From: an uncultured Desulfobacteraceae bacterium
GTDB taxonomy: Bacteria > Desulfobacterota > DSM-4660 > Desulfatiglandales > HGW-15
Reading direction: 5' to 3'
Assembly: GCA_964497115.1 (NCBI GenBank)
Contig: CAZCCX010000001.1
Span: 1 to 39,084 of the forward strand
Length of the DNA: 39,084 nucleotides
Both the position numbers and the translations under genes were made by a program. Below are positions 25,361 to 32,348 of the stretch, piece by piece (position 1 is the stretch's first letter; each line of letters starts with the position of its first letter). The notes under the pieces were generated by a model, which saw only the letters and a program-made list of their open reading frames with translations, was not told the DNA's origin and did no database searches.

Positions 25361-26212
25361 TCAAGAATAATAGGGAGAATCCACATCGCAGATCACGTCT
25401 TTGACATCGGGGACTTCTCTGACGGCATCCATAATCTCCAGAACCAGACCCTCCCTGATCTGCTCTCGAACCCGCCGCTGCAAATCCTGCCCGGCAATGC
25501 CCGTCTTCCTCAATTTTTGCCCACGGACCTTGATATGGACGATACCTGCATTTGAGGTCACTTCAGCGTCACATATTCCCTCAAGAGCCGCCTTGACATG
25601 AGCGGCTAGCGCCAAATCATCAATTGCCTTTTGGGATTCAGGGGTGGTCTGAAATTGCTCTAATCCCGAAGTATAACATATCATCTCTACGGCATCTGTT
25701 ACGGATAGTTTGTGAATATGGATGACCAAGTCATATAGGCTGGTATCCCATGTATCCATCCCATAGAGAGACTTGCTCCATTTTCTTCTCTCTTCATCGT
25801 CCTTTAGCAGGATATGCAAGGCCTCTTTTCTCGATATGCCTTCACGATCCATCTCGAGCCTCACACGGTCCTCTAACTCGGCAATAATCCTTACTTTCAG
25901 GACATGGGATATCCCCTTTACAAAGAAATGACCGGCCAAACCATGGTAGACGATATTGTCTTTTCTAAAATGATCCAGTATTTCCGCTTGAACGAATGAT
26001 ATGTATTTTTCTTTTTTCTGCGAAAGATGACTGAAGAATGACGGCGCATCATGAATGGCTCTTATGAGTTTTACCTCCGGGACATTAAACTCATCTGAGG
26101 CTTCAAAAAGAACACGCCGGGCAATGCATTCATACCCAAGCCGCTCTGCAACTTTCTCGGCAATCTCTTTGCCTTTGCTGTAAGAACCGCGACTAATCGT
26201 AATGATGGCCAT
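25361..26212 (-). CDS. Cytidylate-kinase-like family protein with C-terminal BON-like segment
   Basis: The N-terminus IITISRGSYSKGKEIAEKVAERLGYECI matches the Cytidylate_kin2-type degenerate P-loop. The C-terminal part, about 80 aa, is BON-like. AAGGAG RBS. The assignment is from motif memory. Confidence 0.6.
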   Translation of the reverse strand: MAIITISRGSYSKGKEIAEKVAERLGYECIARRVLFEASDEFNVPEVKLIRAIHDAPSFFSHLSQKKEKYISFVQAEILDHFRKDNIVYHGLAGHFFVKGISHVLKVRIIAELEDRVRLEMDREGISRKEALHILLKDDEERRKWSKSLYGMDTWDTSLYDLVIHIHKLSVTDAVEMICYTSGLEQFQTTPESQKAIDDLALAAHVKAALEGICDAEVTSNAGIVHIKVRGQKLRKTGIAGQDLQRRVREQIREGLVLEIMDAVREVPDVKDVICDVDSPYYS

Positions 26213-26240
26213 GATGAATCTCCTTTTTCTTGTCTCGGAA

Positions 26241-28055
26241 TTATTGAATTCCGTAAAAGAAATAGATGATTGTCAGCTCAACGACCAAGAAGATCACCGT
26301 CATTACGGCGCCCGCCTTGGCATAGTCGATCGTCCGATATCCCCCGGGTCTCATGATCAGGGCATTGACCTGGTGGGTCGGCAGGACAAAGGTGTTGGAG
26401 GCGGAAAGACCCACCACGAGTGCGGCCATCCGCGGGTCTCCACCGGCCATGACCGCCATATTCATACAGAGGGGAACCAGCAGGACCGTGGCGCCCACAT
26501 TGGAAACTACAAGGGTGAAAAAGGATGTCATCAGGCCGACCACGGCGAGGAGCACGATGGGAGAGGGTTGACCGATGAGGGCCAGGACCCTGTTGGCGAT
26601 GAAGGCGGCGGTGCCCGTTTTCTCAAAGGCGATCCCTAACGGGATGAGACCGGCCAGCAAGAAAACTGTCATCCAGTCCACGGCCCGGTAGGCTTCGTCC
26701 ACCGAGAGGACCCCTGTGATGATCATACCCAGGGCCCCGGACATCAGGGCCACCGAGAGCTGGATTTTGAGAAAAATAATCTGTGCCAGGGCCACGGCCA
26801 GCCACAACACGGCCAGTTTCGCTTTCTTGGGCCGCATGATCTCCCCCTCCAGCGGTGTGGCAAAGCTAAGCGCCCTGGGTTGCGGCCTGTTTTTCAGGAT
26901 GTGGAACCTCTCCCAGGGCCCCTGAAGGAGGAGTGTGTCACCCATTCTAAGAGGGACATGGGTGAGTCCGCTGTAAAAGATCTTATTCCCCTTGAACAGT
27001 GCAACGGGGTTGACGCCGTAGAGTTCCTTGAAATTGACCTCGCTCATCGTCTTGCCGATGAGTTCGGAGCGCGGGGAGACGATGGTCTCCGCCATTCCCG
27101 CATTGGTCCTGGACAGGTTCTCGACAAACACTTCAAGACCCTCCTTGATCTCCCACCCATACTCCTTGGCCAACTTCCTGACGTTTTTCTCTCTTCCTAC
27201 AACGGCAATGTCATCGCCGGCAAGGATCTGATCGATGCTTCGTGGAACAAAATTCTTTTCTTTTCGGGCGGCATGGCCGATACCCACCACGGTGACAAGG
27301 AACCATTGCCTGACCCCCAAATCCTCCAGGGTTCGCGGTCCCTTGAAACCGTCGGGGACATGGAGTTCGAAAATGGTCCCCAAGGCCCGGTATTCCTCCA
27401 TTAGGGCGGCCGTCACACCCTTGTCTGTATTACCTTCGCCTTCCGGGAGGATGAACCTGCCAAACAGGACAAAATAGAGGATCGCACTGGCAAGGAGGCA
27501 AATACCGATGGGCGTTTGTGTGAACAGGCCGAAGGGTTCCAATTCTTTGCCCCCCAGCACCATCAGATCGTTCAAGAGAATCGTGGGACTGGCGCCGACC
27601 AGGGTAATGGTCCCCCCGATAATGGCACAAAACCCCATGGGCATGAGGATTCGGGAGACGGGGATTTCCATTCGTTTCGCGATTCGCTGGGCAGCCGGTA
27701 GAAAGAGGGCGGCCGCCCCGATATTCTGCATCAAGCTGGAGATCAGCCCCACAGTCCCGGCGATAAGGGTGGTGACCCTCTTTTCACTCTTTCCCGCCAA
27801 CTTGATGATGGGACCGGCGACCTGATTCATCACACCGGTCTTATCCAGGCCGGCGCCGATAATGATAACGGCAATGATGGAACAGACCGCATTGCTGCTT
27901 AGGCCGACAAAGGCCTCTTGCGGGGAGACAAGACCGATCAGGGGCAAAAGAACCATCATCATGATTCCGACCACATCCACTCTCACCCACTCAAAGACAA
28001 ACAGGACAATCACGAAGACAAGCACAACCATCGTCATCAACATCTCAGGTGTCAT
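26241..28055 (-). CDS. SLC13/DASS-superfamily permease with two central TrkA-C (RCK_C) domains
   Basis: ORF 26241-28064. The ATG at 28055 lies 8 nt downstream of AAGGAG. Polytopic N- and C-terminal halves flank a soluble insert of about 180 aa with two RCK_C-like units (LEDLGVRQWFLVTVVGI...DDIAVVG and FKELYGVNPVALFK...GDTLLLQG). Confidence 0.85.
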   Translation of the reverse strand: MTPEMLMTMVVLVFVIVLFVFEWVRVDVVGIMMMVLLPLIGLVSPQEAFVGLSSNAVCSIIAVIIIGAGLDKTGVMNQVAGPIIKLAGKSEKRVTTLIAGTVGLISSLMQNIGAAALFLPAAQRIAKRMEIPVSRILMPMGFCAIIGGTITLVGASPTILLNDLMVLGGKELEPFGLFTQTPIGICLLASAILYFVLFGRFILPEGEGNTDKGVTAALMEEYRALGTIFELHVPDGFKGPRTLEDLGVRQWFLVTVVGIGHAARKEKNFVPRSIDQILAGDDIAVVGREKNVRKLAKEYGWEIKEGLEVFVENLSRTNAGMAETIVSPRSELIGKTMSEVNFKELYGVNPVALFKGNKIFYSGLTHVPLRMGDTLLLQGPWERFHILKNRPQPRALSFATPLEGEIMRPKKAKLAVLWLAVALAQIIFLKIQLSVALMSGALGMIITGVLSVDEAYRAVDWMTVFLLAGLIPLGIAFEKTGTAAFIANRVLALIGQPSPIVLLAVVGLMTSFFTLVVSNVGATVLLVPLCMNMAVMAGGDPRMAALVVGLSASNTFVLPTHQVNALIMRPGGYRTIDYAKAGAVMTVIFLVVELTIIYFFYGIQ

Positions 28056-28157
28056 TCGCCACACTCCTTTTCCATTCTCAAGGTCCGGATGGGTCTCATC
28101 CTTTAGAACACCGCTGCATTAAGAAAGCCCGCTTCTATTCTCTATTCTATTACACCC

Positions 28158-28214
28158 AAAAAAGCAGAAAATCCACTCTCCTGGCGACAAGGAGAGTCGG
28201 AGTATCTGCTTTTT
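28158..28214. terminator. Nested hairpin, likely a bidirectional intrinsic terminator
   Basis: Inner stem CTCTCCT (28176-28182) pairs with AGGAGAG (28190-28196). Outer stem AAAAAAGCAGA (28158-28168) pairs with TCTGCTTTTT (28205-28214). T-runs are present on both strands. It lies 34 nt after the stop of 28248-28805. Confidence 0.5.
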
Positions 28215-28247
28215 CAGATGGTTTGTCTGACGGAAATCAAGGGATAT

Positions 28248-28805
28248 CTAGAGCATTGAATAGACATAAACAGGCTGGGCAGGCCTTTCTCCCTCCTCGG
28301 TCCTGTTCACAAGCCCTTCTTGTTCCGCGTCGGAGACCACAAACTCGATGTCCTTGAATTCGTGAGTGATTTCTGCAAGGGCTTGATCCCTTTCACTGAA
28401 TTTGATCGCATGTGCAAAGGGGACGCCGAGCCTTTCGGCTTCCTTCCTGAATTCTCTCACGTTCTCTTCGGCGAGGGCGCGAAAGTCTTGGCAGAGCTGT
28501 TTGTGAGAGGAAGAAAACATCTTGAAGGTCTCAGAGGATAAAGGGGTCGTGTTCAAGGCCAATATCTCGTAGGACATTCTTTGGGCCATCTCCAGGGAAT
28601 AATCGATGACTCTCCTCGAAAAAGCGCTTTCCCGGCCGATCACGAGGAGTCTGCCGGGGTGTTCTTCAGTCATCTCTTCTTGGAATAGCTTGCGGGCGGA
28701 TTCCTGTTCTCCTGCCTCGGCAAATGCGATAGCCTCCTGCACCCGGTCCATCTTTTTACTGAGCCGGGTTGCCTTTTTCTTGAGTAAACCGAAGATTCGC
28801 GTCAT
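28248..28805 (-). CDS. USP-like protein with N-terminal basic segment and FAEAGE helix
   Basis: GGAGG RBS 9 nt upstream. N-terminus KKKATRLSKKMDRVQEAIAFAEAGEQESARKL. A USP-like core follows (RLLVIGRESAFSRRVIDYSLEMAQRMSYEILALN ... IEFVVSD). Confidence 0.6.
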   Translation of the reverse strand: MTRIFGLLKKKATRLSKKMDRVQEAIAFAEAGEQESARKLFQEEMTEEHPGRLLVIGRESAFSRRVIDYSLEMAQRMSYEILALNTTPLSSETFKMFSSSHKQLCQDFRALAEENVREFRKEAERLGVPFAHAIKFSERDQALAEITHEFKDIEFVVSDAEQEGLVNRTEEGERPAQPVYVYSML

Positions 28806-28855
28806 CTTTGAAGTCCTCCTTCATGCGATTTCATGTGGGACATGGATATGCGGTC

Positions 28856-29362
28856 TCAATCCCGCACGACCACCAGGGGGGTGGCCAGGTTCTGCCTGAT
28901 CTGTCTGGGCACCACATGGCGTCTCGGTTTGCCCGCCCCGCCCGGATCCGCATCCTGTCCTTCGTCATAGATGGTGAGCACCACATCCCTGTTTTTTTGA
29001 ACGTAATGAATAACTTCTTCGTCCGCTATGCCGTACTTCAGAGTCAGGTGAAAGGGGACCCCCGCATTTTCTGATTCGGGCAGGAGTTCATTAAGGTTCT
29101 TGCGAGCCTCGACCATAAGCCGGCCCGCCGTTTCATGTTCTCCCGCCTCGGCAAAGGTCACGGCCATCATGGACCCTTCAAGGTATTTCTTGACCACCTC
29201 CACGCGCCGGTGCACTTTCTTGAGATACGCATTGTAACGACCGGTCCTGATAATCTGCAGCACATTCAGTTCCATTTTCAAGCGCTGGCAGAGCTGCACG
29301 GCCTGGTGAAAGACCTTTCGCGTCGGTTTGACCCCGTCTATGGCCAACAAGACCTTTTCCAT
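28856..29362 (-). CDS. Universal stress protein family protein with internal FAEAGE insert
   Basis: KVLLAIDGVKPTRKVFHQAVQLCQRLKMELNVLQII, then the insert MMAVTFAEAGEHETAGRL, then the USP C-terminal half (EEVIHYVQKNRDVVLTIYD ... PLVVVRD). Confidence 0.7.
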   Translation of the reverse strand: MEKVLLAIDGVKPTRKVFHQAVQLCQRLKMELNVLQIIRTGRYNAYLKKVHRRVEVVKKYLEGSMMAVTFAEAGEHETAGRLMVEARKNLNELLPESENAGVPFHLTLKYGIADEEVIHYVQKNRDVVLTIYDEGQDADPGGAGKPRRHVVPRQIRQNLATPLVVVRD

Positions 29363-29373
29363 CGTCCCGACCT

Positions 29374-29559
29374 CTATACTCTCAAAACAGGGCGGTCTTC
29401 CACCCTTCGTTCCGCCCTTGGCCTGCTCTTTTTGCGGTTCTTTTTCATCGGTCTCTCATTCAAAAAAGCAAGGGCGGTCTTCCGGTCGCCGGCCTCGGCA
29501 AAGGTGATAGCGACCATCAGCCTATCGAGCCAGTTTAATGGTGTCTTTTCCCCGGTCAT
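29374..29559 (-). CDS. Small protein (61 aa) consisting of a FAEAGD helix plus a basic tail
   Basis: ORF 29374-29625, but the first 22 codons overlap the sigma54 promoter. The ATG at 29559 has a GGAGG 6 nt upstream. Translation: MTGEKTPLNWLDRLMVAITFAEAGDRKTALAFLNERPMKKNRKKSRPRAERRVEDRPVLRV. Confidence 0.5.
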   Translation of the reverse strand: MTGEKTPLNWLDRLMVAITFAEAGDRKTALAFLNERPMKKNRKKSRPRAERRVEDRPVLRV

Positions 29560-29607
29560 TTTCATCCTCCTCTGGTGGATGTTGATGTGGTGACTTGCCC
29601 CATCATT

Positions 29608-29626
29608 GAGCAATAGATGTGCCATT
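29608..29626 (-). promoter_or_regulatory. Consensus sigma54 (-24/-12) promoter driving the FAEAG/USP operon
   Basis: The minus strand reads AATGGCACATCTATTGCTC. TGGCAC is at 29624-29619, followed by 5 nt and then TTGC at 29613-29610. This is an exact match to TGGCAC-N5-TTGC with GG-N10-GC spacing. It lies about 50 nt upstream of the ATG at 29559. Confidence 0.7.
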
Positions 29627-29711
29627 ATCCCTTAAGGTGGCATATCTATTTGATATAATTACTTAAACTCGTAGAGAAGCGGATGAGAGAGACAAAACAC
29701 TATTGTTGCGC

Positions 29712-29778
29712 TTTGTAACGGATAGGGTGCATTGTATAATTTTTATTTTGATATCAAATGGTTATGAAGCGTTACAAA
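29712..29778. promoter_or_regulatory. Inverted repeats upstream of the sigma54 promoter (candidate activator-binding sites) overlapping a possible Lon promoter
   Basis: Perfect palindrome TTTGATATCAAA (29747-29758). A 9-nt inverted pair: TTTGTAACG (29712-29720) and CGTTACAAA (29770-29778). TTGTAA-16 nt-TATAAT (29713-29740) faces the Lon gene. The region lies 90-170 bp upstream of the -24/-12 element. Confidence 0.35.
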
Positions 29779-29954
29779 AAGGAAAGGGGTGTTTCAGATT
29801 GCAACAGGTTGGCGGCTTGAGATGATATCGGGTCACCGAAGAGGTGAAAGATATCTGTCTTGCGGAGGAATAGTTGGGCCTGTCGATAAAACTCGCTTGC
29901 GAAAGAAGCCTGCGGCATCTAATATAGTATCATGCGAAGAATCCTGGAGGGCCC

Positions 29955-32036
29955 ATGCGAATATTCAAAAAGGATGTAGAGATGGAGGAACTTCCCGGTG
30001 ATATCGAAGAACTCCGTGAGACCGTGCTCAAGGCCAGGATGCCGCCCGATGTAGAAACGGTGGCCCTCAAAGAGACTGCAAAACTGTCCAAAATGAGCCC
30101 CTCCTCTGCCGAATATACCATTGGCACCAACTATATCAGCTACCTCGTTGGTCTTCCCTGGAACAGGGTCACGGAAGACAATCTGGATATGAAACGGGCG
30201 GAGTCTATTCTTGATGAACAGCATTTCGGCCTCAGGGAGGTCAAGGATCGAATCCTGGAGCACTTGGCGGTCAGGATCATGAGATTGAGCCGAAGCCACC
30301 GGATCCTGGTCGTTGACGACGAAAAAATGACCCGCAAGAATCTGGACCACGTCCTCACGAAGGAAGGGTTCAGTGTGGTGACCGCCGCCAGCGGTGCGGA
30401 GGCCGTCGAATACCTGGATAAGGACGATTTTGATGTGGTTGTGACGGATTTCAAGATGGAAAAGGTGGACGGCATGGGGGTCCTGGAGAAGACCAAGGCG
30501 AAGGATCCGGGTATCGAGGTCATCATGATCACCGGCTACGCCACGGTGCCGACAGCCGTAGAGGCTATGAAGAAAGGGTCTTATCAATTTCTCTCCAAAC
30601 CGCTGAAGCTCGATGAGATCAGGTTGACGGTCAGCAATGCCCTGTCCAAAAAGAATGCCCGATTAGGCTCGCGAGGACCCGCTCTCTGTTTTGTCGGGCC
30701 GCCCGGCACGGGGAAGACATCACTGGGCATGTCTATTGCCAGGAGTCTTGAGAGAAAATTCATCCGCATGTCTCTGGCAGGGATGAAGGATGAGGCCCAA
30801 ATCAGGGGTCATCGGCGAAGCTATGTGGGGGCCCTGCCGGGACGCATTATTCAGGAGATCCGGCGGATCGAGACCAGAAACCCGGTTTTCATGCTGGATG
30901 AGCTGGACAAGATCGGGCAGGACTTCAAGGGAGACCCTGCATCGGCCCTGTTGGAAGTCTTGGACCCTGAGCAGAATAGTCACTTCATGGATCATTACCT
31001 GGATGTGCCCTTTGATCTTTCCAGCGTGATGTTTATCGCCACGGCCAATACTATTGATCCCATACCCGCCCCACTTCTGGACCGTCTGGAGATCCTTCGG
31101 CTCTCCGGTTATTCGGAGGAAGAAAAACAGAAAATTGCTTTCAGCTATTTGATTCCCAGAGAGATTGAAGAGGCGGGGCTCTCGGATCACCCCCCCGTCT
31201 TTGCCCCTGAGGCCGCGCATAAGATCATCAGGGAATACACAAGGGAAGCGGGGCTCAGGAACCTCCAGAGGCAGATTGCCTCAATCTGCAGGAAGATGGC
31301 CAGAGAGACGTTACAGAATGAGGGGCGGATGGCGACGGAAGTGATTACCCCGGAACGGGTCGAGGCGTGGCTTGGACCCAGGAAATACTATTTCGAAGTG
31401 GCCGAGGCCAAGGAACGAGTCGGCGTGGCCACGGGCCTGGCCTGGACCGAGGCGGGGGGAGAGATCATTTTCATAGAAGCTACCAAGATGCGCGGACGAG
31501 GCCGGCTGATCTTGACCGGGTCTCTCGGGGAGGTCATGAAGGAGTCTGCACAGGCGGCATTGAGTTATATCCGGAGCCACACCCGAACGCTGAATATTGC
31601 GGAGGATTTTTTTGACGATTGCGACTTGCATATCCATATTCCCGCCGGCGCCATCCCCAAGGACGGCCCCTCCGCCGGACTGACCATCGCTGTTTCCCTC
31701 ATCTCACTCCTCACCGACCGGCCGAGCAAACGGGAGGTGGCCCTGAGTGGAGAATTGACGTTGAGCGGGAGGCTGCTCCCTGTGGGGGGCGTGAAAGAAA
31801 AGGCCATGGCCGCTCATAGAGCGGGTGTGAAATGCGTGGTCTTTCCGGCCAAAAACAAGGCGGACCTGCGTGAGATCCCGGAAGATATCGAAAAGGAGTT
31901 AGAAATTATTACCGTGAACGAACTGGAAGAAATTGTGGATCTGGTCCTGAAGCCAGTAGAACCTTCAGGTGCGATAACGCCATCGCGTGTTAAACCTTCA
32001 ATCAAGAAGTCCCCTTTCTCGCCTGCTGTGCGTTGA
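29955..32036 (+). CDS. lon: LonA-type ATP-dependent protease lacking the LON N-domain and carrying an inserted response-regulator receiver domain
   Basis: GGAGG RBS. Residues 1-112 match the helical segment preceding the Lon AAA+ module ([32 protein letters not shown]). Residues about 116-233 form a REC domain ([32 protein letters not shown]). Then Walker [10 protein letters not shown], Walker [25 protein letters not shown], catalytic Ser in PKDGPSAGL and catalytic Lys in GGVKEK. Confidence 0.9.
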   Translation: MRIFKKDVEMEELPGDIEELRETVLKARMPPDVETVALKETAKLSKMSPSSAEYTIGTNYISYLVGLPWNRVTEDNLDMKRAESILDEQHFGLREVKDRILEHLAVRIMRLSRSHRILVVDDEKMTRKNLDHVLTKEGFSVVTAASGAEAVEYLDKDDFDVVVTDFKMEKVDGMGVLEKTKAKDPGIEVIMITGYATVPTAVEAMKKGSYQFLSKPLKLDEIRLTVSNALSKKNARLGSRGPALCFVGPPGTGKTSLGMSIARSLERKFIRMSLAGMKDEAQIRGHRRSYVGALPGRIIQEIRRIETRNPVFMLDELDKIGQDFKGDPASALLEVLDPEQNSHFMDHYLDVPFDLSSVMFIATANTIDPIPAPLLDRLEILRLSGYSEEEKQKIAFSYLIPREIEEAGLSDHPPVFAPEAAHKIIREYTREAGLRNLQRQIASICRKMARETLQNEGRMATEVITPERVEAWLGPRKYYFEVAEAKERVGVATGLAWTEAGGEIIFIEATKMRGRGRLILTGSLGEVMKESAQAALSYIRSHTRTLNIAEDFFDDCDLHIHIPAGAIPKDGPSAGLTIAVSLISLLTDRPSKREVALSGELTLSGRLLPVGGVKEKAMAAHRAGVKCVVFPAKNKADLREIPEDIEKELEIITVNELEEIVDLVLKPVEPSGAITPSRVKPSIKKSPFSPAVR

Positions 32037-32100
32037 CCCGCTGGAAACCAACGGTTTGATGCGGTATCCTTGACATTGGGGCCTTGGTGGATTACACGAG

Positions 32101-32303
32101 GAATTGAAGATTCCTGCAGCCCCGCGAGCGGGATTTCCGCTTCGCTACAACAAGCTTGCAGGGAAACCGGGGACCCGCCCAAAGGGTGGGGAGTCCGGGC
32201 GAAGTCCGGACAATCTCCCAAATGTAAGGAAGTTCTTATTGTAATTCGCTCGCTAACCCCGCAGCAAGCTACGGGGAATGCGCTCGCTGTGCATTTTCAA
32301 AAC
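32101..32303 (-). repeat. Intergenic repeat family A, long mosaic copy
   Basis: The reverse complement contains the same blocks as 11778-11930, but in a different order and with an extra hairpin-rich insert of about 50 nt (GTCCGG-gcgaagt-CCGGAC at 32193-32211). See findings. Confidence 0.7.
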
Positions 32304-32348
32304 TTCCAGGGACCAGAACGGACTGCCGAACACAAAAAATGATTTTTG

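Noticed and set aside
28114-28131. Possible second sigma54 promoter upstream of the SLC13 gene (minus strand GGGCTT-TCTTA-ATGC)
   Set aside because: It keeps only the GG-N10-GC core, with 4 of 10 consensus positions mismatched. That is too weak to call without a scoring matrix or start-site data.
29638-29655. Plus-strand TGGCAT-ATCTA-TTTGA facing the Lon gene
   Set aside because: The position where the -12 GC should be reads TG. This looks like a chance near-mirror of the real minus-strand promoter region.
29919-30587. 222-aa minus-strand ORF opposite the 5' part of the Lon gene
   Set aside because: It is antisense to a strongly supported CDS. It has no motifs and would start inside Lon coding sequence.
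4451-32303. The repeated GC-rich elements considered as a CRISPR array
   Set aside because: The copies are kilobases apart and mosaic, with no regular repeat-spacer periodicity. No cas genes are present.
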